Shown in pieces: positions 19,187 through 28,601 of a stretch of DNA of 64,000 nt. Every line of letters begins with the position of its first letter. Within the stretch, counting starts at the first letter, position 1. The translations under genes and the position numbers were made by a program. This DNA is from a virus (taxonomy: Duplodnaviria > Heunggongvirae > Uroviricota > Caudoviricetes), in IMG/VR virus record IMGVR_UViG_2541047850_000005, positions 3,554 through 67,553 of that record. One strand, written 5' to 3'. The notes under the pieces are model-generated. The model did no database searches, was not told the DNA's origin, and saw nothing but the letters and a program-made list of their open reading frames with translations.

Positions 19187-19756
19187 TCAATTAGAGCTTT
19201 GAAAGGCTTTGTGTGGCTGTGTTGCGAGGTTATGTCGATGGCTTAACTCACGCATCATGTCTTCAAAGCGACTCTTTGTGTCGTCGAGTTGGTCAGCCAT
19301 TGCTCCTAAAAGCTGACGAACTACCATCGGATCGTCGCTGTTTAGTGATGGCATTTTATAACCCGCCTGAGAAGACATCAGATTGAATGCAGACATCAAC
19401 ATCGTTAGAGAGGATTTAAGCCCGGCAATTTCACGATCTTTGCTGGCAATAATCGTCTCACTTTTGTTACTGTCATGAGTTCCTTGAGTCTCGCTCACCA
19501 TATCCAAAGTCGCCTGCAACTTATCAGCGCGCTCTTTTTCAGCAAGATAATGAACACCGAAATGATGTGCTAAAGCTACAACCTGAGTTGGCTCTTCAAA
19601 GGTGGACTCAAAATTAAGTGCTGTAACCACTCTCTCAAAAATGGAAACGTCTTCTATTCCTCGAAGAATGGCTAACATTTTGACCAGTTCATTAGCATCC
19701 ATTTCTTCGAATAAGGCGTTTTGTTCATCAGCTATCGCTTTGCATTTCTTGCACAT
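19187..19756 (-). CDS. hypothetical protein (189 aa)
   Basis: ORF track; motif-1 copy 19773-19797 plus AGGAAAAACAC-ATG context. Confidence 0.45.
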   Translation of the reverse strand: MCKKCKAIADEQNALFEEMDANELVKMLAILRGIEDVSIFERVVTALNFESTFEEPTQVVALAHHFGVHYLAEKERADKLQATLDMVSETQGTHDSNKSETIIASKDREIAGLKSSLTMLMSAFNLMSSQAGYKMPSLNSDDPMVVRQLLGAMADQLDDTKSRFEDMMRELSHRHNLATQPHKAFQSSN

Positions 19757-20053
19757 GTGTTTTTCCTAATGCTTAAACAAGTTGTTTTCTTATTGGCTTT
19801 ATTGTGATGTGGCATAAAAGGGGAGCAAGCTAAACGTAAAGGTGCAAACTCTCTATTTCGGTCAACGAAACACAATGGCCATTTGACCCTTGTCATTAAC
19901 ACGTTGCTTTACGGACTAGCGGATAAGCGAAGTAGATCGCCAGACCAATGAGGACGCCATCAGAAATGACAGACATCATCTTTCCCGTAAAATCCACCAA
20001 CACCGCCATCACCAGAAGAGCAATGACGGTCACAAGCCGGAATCTCTCAAGCA

Positions 20054-20479
20054 TTAGAGATAAGCATCCAGTGACAACTGAAGCGCCTGGGCGATCTTTT
20101 TCAGCGCCTGCTCTTCTGGTTCATCAATGCCGTCTTGGTCGGCAATATCAAGGCACAGACAAAGTACATCTACTGCATCATCAGTCCCGGCCACATCCGC
20201 CAGCTCACGTAAAGCCTGGGCATTAGCACGGCGCGGTGAGGCTTCGTATTGAGCGCGGATATTGGCGCTCATCTGGGCAATCTCACCAGCAAAAGGAGAA
20301 AATGCAGGCAGAGCTGCAATTGTTTTCTCAAGAATGGAAATTTCTTTTGCATCGCATGTACCGTTGGCATAGGAGATCATGTACCCACCCCACACGGTGG
20401 CTTCAACCGCATCACGGTTCTCCATTTTTTTGACTTCGATAACTGCTTTACGAGTTTTCTTTTTGAAGAAACCTAACAT
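20054..20479 (-). CDS. hypothetical protein, possibly TerB-like
   Basis: Acidic C-terminal segment …DQDGIDEPEEQALKKIAQAL… resembles TerB-family proteins (weak); motif-1 copy at 20500-20520. Confidence 0.35.
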   Translation of the reverse strand: MLGFFKKKTRKAVIEVKKMENRDAVEATVWGGYMISYANGTCDAKEISILEKTIAALPAFSPFAGEIAQMSANIRAQYEASPRRANAQALRELADVAGTDDAVDVLCLCLDIADQDGIDEPEEQALKKIAQALQLSLDAYL

Positions 20480-20572
20480 GTGTTTTCCTTTTGTTATTTG
20501 TCAAAACAAGTTGTTTTCTAGTTAAATAAATTGCTTACGCAAAGGCGGTCAATGCATATGCACTAACAACCG

Positions 20573-20761
20573 TCAGAAATAACCAAGTACCGAACCGACT
20601 GGAAAAATAAAAATCCCAACTACACGAGCCAAGGTCATGCCAGCCTGAAACTGGAGATCGCCAGAGCAAACAAGTTTTATAATGTTCGATACCCAACCGG
20701 CGGCCATGAGGGCAAGAATTGCCAGCCAAATTTTTCCAAAGTGATTTGAAAACCAGTTCAT
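20573..20761 (-). CDS. small hydrophobic membrane protein (62 aa)
   Basis: Two predicted TM stretches (IWLAILALMAAGWV, VVGIFIFPVGSVLGYF). Confidence 0.35.
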   Translation of the reverse strand: MNWFSNHFGKIWLAILALMAAGWVSNIIKLVCSGDLQFQAGMTLARVVGIFIFPVGSVLGYF

Positions 20762-21009
20762 ACAACCGCCTTAGTCACAGCATGATCCTGAGTAACTGGA
20801 TGAACTTGAGGTATCGCATCCACCGTCATCCCATCCAGAGTGACAGGACGCTCTGCTGGAGTGGTGGTAATTGTCGTCGACGGAGGTGTGGTGATGGATG
20901 AATCCGGCATCAAAAGGCTCTGGCCGGCTGGAACGGCTACCGTCGCCAGTGAAACTATAATGAGAACGTAGGCCATTGGTTTCAGCCTCTTTCTTTGAAA
21001 ATTTTCCAT
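20758..21009 (-). CDS. small membrane/secreted Thr-Pro-rich protein (83 aa)
   Basis: Hydrophobic N-terminus MAYVLIIVSLATVAV followed by TTPPSTTITTTP. Confidence 0.35.
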   Translation of the reverse strand: MENFQRKRLKPMAYVLIIVSLATVAVPAGQSLLMPDSSITTPPSTTITTTPAERPVTLDGMTVDAIPQVHPVTQDHAVTKAVV

Positions 21010-21286
21010 TCGAACTGTCCTTGTTGTTTTTCTCCTTCACTAAAGGCCGTGCATTTTTCGCTTGGTGTGAAGAACCAGAGGTAACAATCGCCCCCACGTT
21101 CGCAACAACTGACGCTTGCTTATCTAAACGTTCATTCAGCAACCGAACGGTAGTCTCAAGTTCATCAAGACGTGACAGAACACGACCGCTAAATAATTCG
21201 GCCAAAATTTGACGTAGTGAACGAGGACGTTTAGTTGCAGAAGTGAAATAGGTTTGACGTGCCATGTGGACTCCATCCAGTGTCAT
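20771..21286 (-). CDS. hypothetical protein (only N-terminal part credible)
   Basis: ORF track; C-terminal half is low-complexity and overlaps 20758..21009 in another frame; motif-2 variant at 21384-21405 upstream. Confidence 0.3.
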   Translation of the reverse strand: MTLDGVHMARQTYFTSATKRPRSLRQILAELFSGRVLSRLDELETTVRLLNERLDKQASVVANVGAIVTSGSSHQAKNARPLVKEKNNKDSSNGKFSKKEAETNGLRSHYSFTGDGSRSSRPEPFDAGFIHHHTSVDDNYHHSSRASCHSGWDDGGCDTSSSSSYSGSCCD

Positions 21287-21410
21287 AAAGAGTTGCGGCT
21301 GGCGATTGCCAGCCGCCTTTCTCGTTCCATCCTGGAACTGTGTCTTACCGACACATTGTCATCCTGACGCCGATAAGATACATGATTTATAATGATAGGT
21401 AAACACTTAC

Positions 21411-22005
21411 TTACTGCTTGTTATAAACAAAACCAATATCTTTCTTGTGAGGCATATCTGCTGCGGAAAAAGCTGCGATCTTCGCGAGTCGATCACATAT
21501 TTCATTTTCACGATGCCCGGCGTGACCTTTAACCCACTTCCAGCGAACATTATGTCGACTTGCGGCCTCATCCAGACGCTTCCACAGATCAACATTCTTT
21601 ACCGGTTTTTTGTCAGAAGTCATCCATCCATTGCGTTTCCACCATTTCATCCACTGTGTCATGCCGTTTTTCAGATACTGGCTATCAGAGTGCAAAATAA
21701 CGTTGCATGGATATTTCAAACGCTCCAGCCCGATAAGTGCCCCCATCATCTCCATGCGGTTATTGGTGGTGCTATGAAAACCATCTGAGAACTCGCGTTC
21801 CTCACCACGATACTGAAGAACGATACCGTAACCGCCCGGGCCACCCGGATTTTTAAGGCAAGAGCCATCACTGAAGATTTTCACGGTTTTAAGCTGGGGA
21901 TTGAACTCTACGACAGGCGTTGTGGGATTGGTACGGGGAGAATTTTTGTTTTTGGCTTTTTTGCGAGTTTTTGCTTGCGATCGGGCTGGTGTCTTCGTCG
22001 TCATA
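21411..22005 (-). CDS. rnhA: ribonuclease HI-like
   Basis: [22 protein letters not shown]…[10 protein letters not shown]…[18 protein letters not shown] are the RNase H DEDD-type motifs; start set at MTTKTPA after an AGGAG SD. Confidence 0.8.
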
Positions 22006-22588
22006 TAAACTCCTGAATCAAGCGCCGCGCCGATTTTTTTTTCCTCGCGCGTGCGCACACGCGTGCGTGTTAATAATTATTAAAATAAACAAATTACTTC
22101 CCAGAACAGGTTTTTATAAACCTGAACTGAACGAACGAAGTGAGTGAAGTTCACCTCGAACGAAGTGAGAGGTTGTCTTTTCAGGTAATACTCTCCCAGG
22201 GAGGTGAGTATAAAATTCCTCACCAACCTGGTCGTTTCATAACCTGAAAAGTTATGGTCTAAGTCTACTGCCAGCTTAGACTTGGGAAGTTATGGATGAC
22301 AGCACCCCAGAACCGAGATCTTCCCACACTTTATGAAGGGGAGTACTGGATTCAACCTCTCGAAACACCCCAGACTCGACAATCATAAAGTGACCCTTGT
22401 CTCTGCTCACTTTGGTTCCCCCTTCCCCGACACCTAAACGGCACCGGTTCTACGCTGGTAGTGAGCTTTTTAAACCTGACGCCAGTGACGCTTACCCCCA
22501 CCCATCAGGTCGAGCCTCCAGTCTACGACTGGAAACAATCAGATCTTAGCACTTACAATTCACTTTATGAATAGTTTGTACTTATCTA
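22006..22588 (-). other. ORF-free, structure-rich segment (candidate non-coding RNA)
   Basis: About 580 bp with no ORF of 60 aa or more on either strand in a densely packed region; several hairpins and tandem GAACGAAGTGAG repeats. Confidence 0.3.
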
Positions 22589-22843
22589 TCATTGTGATTG
22601 ATTATTTTCTCGACCATGTAGTTGAACATTCAAGGCAAACACCTCATTGATCAACTCACCTAAAAGCTGTTCAACAAGTTCGCGATGCTCCCCAAGATGC
22701 AAGCACTTAATTGCCCATTCGTACAAGTTGAAAGCCTGCTCTCGATCTTTCATCATTTCACGAGCCTTAGCCAGAAAATCGCTCTCTACGAGCGCAACGA
22801 CATTAGTCGGGTATGACATGTTGGTTTCCTTAAAGTGGTTCAT
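22589..22843 (-). CDS. hypothetical small protein (84 aa)
   Basis: ORF track. Confidence 0.4.
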   Translation of the reverse strand: MNHFKETNMSYPTNVVALVESDFLAKAREMMKDREQAFNLYEWAIKCLHLGEHRELVEQLLGELINEVFALNVQLHGRENNQSQ

Positions 22844-22927
22844 AAAATCGATTTTAAAGCGTCTGGGAAGGGGGTCTAGTGGATTCTGTAGTGATGTTCA
22901 GGTCTGGGAGTCTCTGATACAAAACAG

Positions 22928-22980
22928 CCTGCTTCCGTATATTAATAATTAATATGTAGTTATTTATATACAGAAGCAGG
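22928..22980 (-). terminator. long inverted repeat / putative terminator
   Basis: CCTGCTTCCGTATAT … ATATACAGAAGCAGG (15-bp arms, 1 mismatch, 23-nt AT loop), 24 nt after the Dam-like gene stop. Confidence 0.4.
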
Positions 22981-23003
22981 TTAATTACACTCGCCAGAAC
23001 AAA

Positions 23004-23597
23004 CTAAGCAGCCTTCTTTGATGCTCTTTTTTTTCTGACCACATTCGCAGGATCATACCCTCCCAGACTTTTCATGACGTCCAAAGGGATCTTGCTTATA
23101 GAGTGCCCAGCGTCCTGACAGAATCCTCGAAAAACAACGAGCATACTGCCACCGGGGTTGATGTTTACTTCTACCTGACCCAAATTGACGTCAGGCTCGA
23201 CAAACGCTACGCGGCCACCAGACAGAATAATCGTCTCATTCGCATACTCTGTTGCACGCTCATACCACTTTGTATCGAGGGATTGAGGAATTAGCATCAC
23301 TGTTGTAACTCCGCGAGCCTGCTCACGTATAGCCGCATCAATCCAGGGGGAGATTTTGGAGTAGGGTGGATTGAGGAAGGCAATTGTACCTGGCTGCCCC
23401 CATTCAGATTTCAAAGCATCGCGCTCAACGCCTATGAAAATAGGCAGCTTTGCATTGTCCTTGTTGCAGGCAACGTCAACATCAAATGTCACTCCAAGAT
23501 AACGTTGAATGGCAGAAAACAGCCAATCAGGTGTTCTCCAGAGATCACGAAGAGAGTTGTCGCGCTTTCGCTGTTTGATTTTTTCGGCTGCAATCAT
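23004..23597 (-). CDS. phage-type Dam-like N6-adenine DNA methyltransferase
   Basis: 197 aa with NPPYS motif (FLNPPYSKISPW) and the short single-domain architecture of phage N6A methyltransferases. Confidence 0.7.
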   Translation of the reverse strand: MIAAEKIKQRKRDNSLRDLWRTPDWLFSAIQRYLGVTFDVDVACNKDNAKLPIFIGVERDALKSEWGQPGTIAFLNPPYSKISPWIDAAIREQARGVTTVMLIPQSLDTKWYERATEYANETIILSGGRVAFVEPDVNLGQVEVNINPGGSMLVVFRGFCQDAGHSISKIPLDVMKSLGGYDPANVVRKKRASKKAA

Positions 23598-23608
23598 CTT
23601 TTTTCTCG

Positions 23609-23628
23609 ATAGGTAAGTGATTACCTAT
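23609..23628. promoter_or_regulatory. motif-2 palindromic operator (ATAGGTAAG-N-CTTACCTAT family)
   Basis: ATAGGTAAGTGATTACCTAT, perfect 8-4-8 palindrome 12 bp upstream of the Dam-like start. Confidence 0.5.
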
Positions 23629-23780
23629 TTTTGCATTTGATTTCATGTATGGCAATCAAATAAAACGCGCCAGAAATGCGAACAAGAAGCTCTCTGGCGC
23701 GTTTTTGTGGTGCTGGGTATGGGTTATGCTTACCCAGCACTATAAAGCTCTCTATGGGCTTTATTTTCAGTAGGGGAACG

Positions 23781-24590
23781 TCATCCAATAGTGTACTCCG
23801 CGACAAACTTCTTAACGATCGGTGATTCTTCGTTCAATGTTAGATTTCCACCGTCTCTAACAGCAATTCCTGTAGCTGGAAATACAGCCATCATTTGCCC
23901 AGCCTGAGTTGACGCAGTGTTAAGCGGATACGGTTTTTCTGGATTGCTCATTAAAGCAATCTTAATACTATTACTTGTAGCCTTCTTTTCTGTGAGAAGG
24001 TGTCTCATGGAAATTACCGTGTAAACACTAATATCTGGACCTCCGCTAAACCAATTAAGAAGATTTAATATCTTATCCTTCGCTTTGACAGGCGCGTTTT
24101 CGTAAGCGTCTAAGAAAATATCTTTTTCTAAGCCTGCTTTATTGAAAAACGAATCATCTTTATCACTTAAAGTAAAACGAGGACCTCTTGCAACACGAGC
24201 TTTTTTATTTGTATTGCTATCATTTGACTGTTGAACTTTTAATTCATCATTAACCTCAACACACTCTTCAACCTCAATAAATCCCAATTGTTCTGGCTCG
24301 TTTTCGGCAGCTTCAACACTTTCAGCGTTAATTACGTTTATAGGCTCATGCGCTAACTCCAACTCATTTAAAGCAGAGCTGAAATCACCTGCTTTTTCTT
24401 CATTGAACAGTTCTTCGGCAACATCATCAGAACTCATGGCTACGCCAGCATCGAGGCCGAGAAGCAGATCGTCAATATCATCAGTATTTTCAACCTGTGC
24501 AGCTTTTTTTACTGGTTCATCAAGTGATTGCAACATGGCTGTCAGCTCATCCAGATCATCATTTGTCATTACATTTTCAACCGAACTCAT
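23781..24590 (-). CDS. hypothetical protein with acidic N-terminal half (269 aa)
   Basis: ORF track. Confidence 0.45.
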   Translation of the reverse strand: MSSVENVMTNDDLDELTAMLQSLDEPVKKAAQVENTDDIDDLLLGLDAGVAMSSDDVAEELFNEEKAGDFSSALNELELAHEPINVINAESVEAAENEPEQLGFIEVEECVEVNDELKVQQSNDSNTNKKARVARGPRFTLSDKDDSFFNKAGLEKDIFLDAYENAPVKAKDKILNLLNWFSGGPDISVYTVISMRHLLTEKKATSNSIKIALMSNPEKPYPLNTASTQAGQMMAVFPATGIAVRDGGNLTLNEESPIVKKFVAEYTIG

Positions 24591-24750
24591 GTAAGTCTCC
24601 TTCTGTTTAGTTGCATTTGCGTTTCGATGGCTACATTTTGACTAAACCTATCAGGCGGAAAAGTATTAAATACAGGCAGGAAATGATTGAAAGGCGACTG
24701 TTCTTTAAAAGAAAGCCTGCTTCAAACTCTCTTTAAAGCAGGCTTTTGTT

Positions 24751-25308
24751 TTACACAATTTCAGAGGGTAATTTAAAAAATCCGTATTTATTACGTGCCT
24801 TAAAGAAGCATTGCATCATTAAGTTTGTGTCATATAAGGCACTATGTGCTTTGGCATGATCGTATATAAAGCCAAGAGAGAAGGCCAATTCTTCAAGGCG
24901 AGGACGTTTACCGTCTTCTGTGGCCCACAATCCCGATAACATAGTATCTATAACGGGAACGTCTGGCAGTCTTACTCCATACCCTGAAAACTCGTGTCGA
25001 ATAAATGGTATATCAAACGCTTCGCCGTTATGAGCAATCCACGCACTACATGCCCCCATATAAGCGCCAATTTCGCTGGCATGATTTGACAACAAAGGTT
25101 CAGCTGCGAGCTGTTCTAATGAAATGCCATGAACGGCTTGAGCTTTCGGATCTATGTTTCTGCGAGGGTTAAAACGCATCTCCAGACTATCAATATGTCT
25201 CTGTGTCTCCAGTTCATAGCGGGTAATTGCGATTTCAATAATTTTATGACCAGCAAGGAAATCCAGTCCCGTAGACTCGATATCGATGCCTGCAACAATC
25301 GTTGTCAT
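24751..25308 (-). CDS. DEDDh 3'-5' exonuclease (DnaQ/epsilon-like)
   Basis: Exo I GIDIESTGL, Exo II AHNGEAFDIPF, Exo III HSALYDT. Confidence 0.75.
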   Translation of the reverse strand: MTTIVAGIDIESTGLDFLAGHKIIEIAITRYELETQRHIDSLEMRFNPRRNIDPKAQAVHGISLEQLAAEPLLSNHASEIGAYMGACSAWIAHNGEAFDIPFIRHEFSGYGVRLPDVPVIDTMLSGLWATEDGKRPRLEELAFSLGFIYDHAKAHSALYDTNLMMQCFFKARNKYGFFKLPSEIV

Positions 25309-25317
25309 CAGAACTCC

Positions 25318-25737
25318 TTACAACTTCTTAGCGCCCTTAAGTAGTGCGCTACGTACAAATTGAGCCGCTTTTTTCAAAGTTTCTTGACTGGTTTCACAGA
25401 CAATCGGATTTTTCCACTTACCTGACGCAGTGTTGAGAATATTGATTTGGTTGCTATCCAGACAAACAGAGATATAAAGCACCGTGCCACCAGCCAGCAT
25501 CAAATGCATAGGAAACAGAGGCTTTTTACTGTCTTCACTGAACTGAGACATGGCGATGTTAATGGCTTCACCTACTTGTGCGCCAACAAGCCCCTGCGCA
25601 GTTTCGAATATGGCACGAATAGCCAGACGAGCCTCTCGATCGCTCATAAGCGACCGGGAATGTTCGTCCGCTACACGAATCAAAGCCTCTGTTGTTTTCC
25701 GATCCAGTTCATCTTCAAGCAACATTTCACTAAACAT
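25318..25737 (-). CDS. hypothetical protein (139 aa)
   Basis: ORF track. Confidence 0.4.
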   Translation of the reverse strand: MFSEMLLEDELDRKTTEALIRVADEHSRSLMSDREARLAIRAIFETAQGLVGAQVGEAINIAMSQFSEDSKKPLFPMHLMLAGGTVLYISVCLDSNQINILNTASGKWKNPIVCETSQETLKKAAQFVRSALLKGAKKL

Positions 25738-25798
25738 TTTTTATCCTTAACCCATTTTGAGAGTTTTATTGTCGCAATGTCGAAGAGGCGAACAATTT

Positions 25799-26443
25799 CT
25801 AATGAACGGTCACTCGGCCACAGAACCGGTTTTCTATCTTTTCTACAGCGTTATCTAGCACTCTCATCACTGATCTGGCTCTTGCTTCAACCGTGCGATA
25901 TCGGTTGGAAACGACGAAGGTTTGCAGATCCCCCCTTTGCGGATGCAGGTGAATTTTTGTCAGTTCCCCGCACATCAACGCATCAATACGAGCGACATAC
26001 AGACGGTCTAATGATGCTCGTTGTGATCGCAAGTAATCTCGCTCTGAGAGAGCGACTCCCGGGCGTAGGCCAGCAATGGCGTTAAAGTTTGAAATAGCAG
26101 TTTTGTGGCAAAACTTTTCGATATCGAGGGCTAACTCAATACATCGATCTTCATTGGTATGGCCGACCAAATCCAACGTGTAGGCCATAACATCAGCAGG
26201 TGTGCGATCGATAACAAAGCCTTCAACACCACGCGTAAGTAGCTCTATATGCTTTGCTATTTCCATTTGAATCTGAAGCCGCTCATATAGAGGCATAGAC
26301 TCACCTACTCGAACACCGAGTCGGCTCATCAAACTTCCGACACCAGCATCCACGTAAGGGATTCCGTAATGTTTGTCGATATATTTTGCCAGGGTTGTTT
26401 TCCCACTGCCCTGAGCACCAGTGATCCCAATCCGGTAATCCAT
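25799..26443 (-). CDS. P-loop NTPase, putative (deoxy)nucleotide kinase
   Basis: Walker A GITGAQGSGKTTLAKYI and a DRT motif; sits in the thyA-folA precursor cluster. Confidence 0.5.
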   Translation of the reverse strand: MDYRIGITGAQGSGKTTLAKYIDKHYGIPYVDAGVGSLMSRLGVRVGESMPLYERLQIQMEIAKHIELLTRGVEGFVIDRTPADVMAYTLDLVGHTNEDRCIELALDIEKFCHKTAISNFNAIAGLRPGVALSERDYLRSQRASLDRLYVARIDALMCGELTKIHLHPQRGDLQTFVVSNRYRTVEARARSVMRVLDNAVEKIENRFCGRVTVH

Positions 26444-26919
26444 TACGACCTTCTGTATACGATCTGCGAAAAGCCAGGCTCTTCCTCGCTGGCTCGTTGG
26501 GTAAAAACTGTTTCAACAGGCACAAAGCCTAAATTACGCATCATGCTTGCCGGGAAGAATGCATCGGCGTTTGGCACATCAACGCCGATGTGGGAGAGCC
26601 AAATCTCTTCAACATGCGGCATGAATAGCGAGTAAATTTGTTCCCCGCCAATCACCCACACAGGCTCTGGTAATCGCAACACATCATCCACACCAGCAGG
26701 GTAGAATCCATTTGGTACAAAGCCATGAGAGCGCGTCAAAACGAGGTTATGACGCTCTGGAAGAGGGCGTTTGAGACTTTCCATCGTTTTACGCCCCATA
26801 ACGACAGTGGCGTTTTTGGTGAGTCTCTTAAATAGCTTCAGATCGGTAGAACAACGCCAGGGCAGTTCGTTCGCTATGCCGATCTCATAGTTACGGCCAA
26901 CAGCAGCTATCATCTTCAT
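26443..26919 (-). CDS. folA: dihydrofolate reductase
   Basis: MKMIAAVGRNYEIGIANELPW…VVMGRKTMESL…LVLTRS matches the DHFR fold signature; 158 aa. Confidence 0.8.
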   Translation of the reverse strand: MKMIAAVGRNYEIGIANELPWRCSTDLKLFKRLTKNATVVMGRKTMESLKRPLPERHNLVLTRSHGFVPNGFYPAGVDDVLRLPEPVWVIGGEQIYSLFMPHVEEIWLSHIGVDVPNADAFFPASMMRNLGFVPVETVFTQRASEEEPGFSQIVYRRS

Positions 26920-27332
26920 TTGCTCACCTCATAGATGACCGGTCTATGATGAGAGTCAGCTAAAGCGGCACGGAGTCGAGGATCGTGCACCAGCGCAGCG
27001 ATAAGCAGATCGCCTTTATGCTCCGCTAATGTGCGCTTAATATGCTTCTCATAACTGGTGCCATTCGGTACGAGATGAAGCCAGTCGTAATCAACGCCAA
27101 AATCTTTCAGCCATCGTTTAGTGGGCGCTTCAAGAGTTTCAGAGCGGCTACTGATAAGCACCACTTCAGCCCCTGAGCGAGCAAAACCACGCAACATACG
27201 GCTGGTGGGGAAAATGAGTTCATCACCGGCAATGAGCTGGTCTGCATCCGTGTCAGGTACAGATTTACGATGGCTGGTATTTGCCAGCACACCTTCAATT
27301 TCGCATAAGACATACATACCTCTTGCCATATC
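26916..27332 (-). CDS. hypothetical protein (possible nucleotide-metabolism enzyme)
   Basis: ORF trimmed to MARGMYVL…; coupled between thyA-like and folA-like genes; no confident motif. Confidence 0.35.
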   Translation of the reverse strand, partial: DMARGMYVLCEIEGVLANTSHRKSVPDTDADQLIAGDELIFPTSRMLRGFARSGAEVVLISSRSETLEAPTKRWLKDFGVDYDWLHLVPNGTSYEKHIKRTLAEHKGDLLIAALVHDPRLRAALADSHHRPVIYEVSK

Positions 27333-28434
27333 ACACCGCCACTGGAACCTTGATCCACGGTAGAGGGTCATAGCCAAGAATCAGAATATCGTCCCATTTG
27401 AAATCATCCAGCTCAGACCATTCATGAGGGAAAATAACGACCGGATCTGAATGCTCTGGAGCCTGTCGTTTCATTAGCTCACACACACCTTCCATGTGGT
27501 TGTTGTACAAATGCACGTCAAAGCCAAAATGCACAAATGCACCGGCCATGTGACCCGTAATCTTCGCGAGAAAATGAGTGAGAATGCCATAGCCAGCAAT
27601 ATTGAATGGCATACCAACAAAAGTGTCTACGCTACGCTGTACGAGGCAGGAGTTGAGGATGCGTTTGGGGATTCCAAGTTCATCCAGTTCAGTTTCAGTA
27701 ACACTGCCGTCCATCTCCAGATCGTATAGCATCTTGGTGTAGATAGACTCATAACCGAGGCGACTGTGTTGAAGACCAATGTCAGTTGCCATCGTTAAAC
27801 GGGTTTCAAAATCAAGCTCACGACTCCACAAAGAGAAGACAAAGTGGCAAGGTGGCAGTTTCATATCCTCAAGCTCGCCTACGTTCCATGCGTTAAGCAT
27901 GATGCGACGATCGGTAGGGTTCGTGCGCAGTGTGTCGACAATACGCTGTAGCTGATCGATTTCACGGGACAGCACTACGCGATCTTCACTGATACCCAGG
28001 TATCCCTCGACTTTGTACCCGCGTTCACGGAAAGTAGCGATCTTGCTCAGATATTCACTATGGCTCACGATGCGGGTATCTTCCCATCGACGCCACTGCT
28101 TACCGTAAACCGGCCCCAAATCGCCATTCTCATCGGCCCATGCATCCCAAATCTTAACGCCGTTATCCTTAAGAAATTGGATGTTGCCCGTGCCTTTCAG
28201 ATACCACTCAAGTTCGACAAGCAGTGGTTTAAGATTTACCGCCTTTCCAGAAATAAGCGGCACAGTCCCACCAGTAAGCATGTAGTAAGAGGGAACGTAG
28301 CAGGTGCTTAAAGTACCAGTGCCTGTGCGATCATCAGTCTGCACGCCGCTTTTAAGCACCGTCTCAATAACTTTTGCATACGATGCGTTTGTTACCTGAC
28401 CGTTCGTATGCTCACGATTCAAAAGGAGTGACAT
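27331..28434 (-). CDS. thyA: thymidylate synthase (ThyA family) with two internal insertions
   Basis: DRTGTGT, WADENGDLGPVYGKQWR (as in E. coli ThyA), catalytic PPCH, MPFNIAGY, GFDVHLYNNH; 367 aa against about 264 for E. coli ThyA. Confidence 0.8.
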   Translation of the reverse strand: MSLLLNREHTNGQVTNASYAKVIETVLKSGVQTDDRTGTGTLSTCYVPSYYMLTGGTVPLISGKAVNLKPLLVELEWYLKGTGNIQFLKDNGVKIWDAWADENGDLGPVYGKQWRRWEDTRIVSHSEYLSKIATFRERGYKVEGYLGISEDRVVLSREIDQLQRIVDTLRTNPTDRRIMLNAWNVGELEDMKLPPCHFVFSLWSRELDFETRLTMATDIGLQHSRLGYESIYTKMLYDLEMDGSVTETELDELGIPKRILNSCLVQRSVDTFVGMPFNIAGYGILTHFLAKITGHMAGAFVHFGFDVHLYNNHMEGVCELMKRQAPEHSDPVVIFPHEWSELDDFKWDDILILGYDPLPWIKVPVAV

Positions 28435-28507
28435 AAAACCTCACGAAGATAAGTAATCAATTATTTATCACGTGAGTTTACATTCATTGATAACACAAGA
28501 CCAGATA

Positions 28508-28535
28508 GATAAAAAATGGTGGCCATAGGCCACCA
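28508..28535 (-). terminator. rho-independent terminator-like hairpin
   Basis: TGGTGGCCTATGGCCACCA followed by TTTTTT on the minus strand, downstream of the 28602 stop. Confidence 0.5.
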
Positions 28536-28601
28536 AAAAGAATAGTCGCTCCAGAGTTTTATACGCAAATCAAATATACATTAGTAGATAATCACCTACA
28601 A

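Noticed and set aside
22006-22588. tRNA gene(s) in the ORF-free segment
   Set aside because: No segment could be folded by eye into a cloverleaf with a canonical GTTCRANYC T-loop; left as an unassigned structured region pending tRNAscan-SE/Infernal.
27331-28434. Inteins as the explanation for the extra length of the ThyA homolog
   Set aside because: The two inserts are short (about 40 and 55 aa) and lack N-terminal Cys/Ser and C-terminal His-Asn boundaries.
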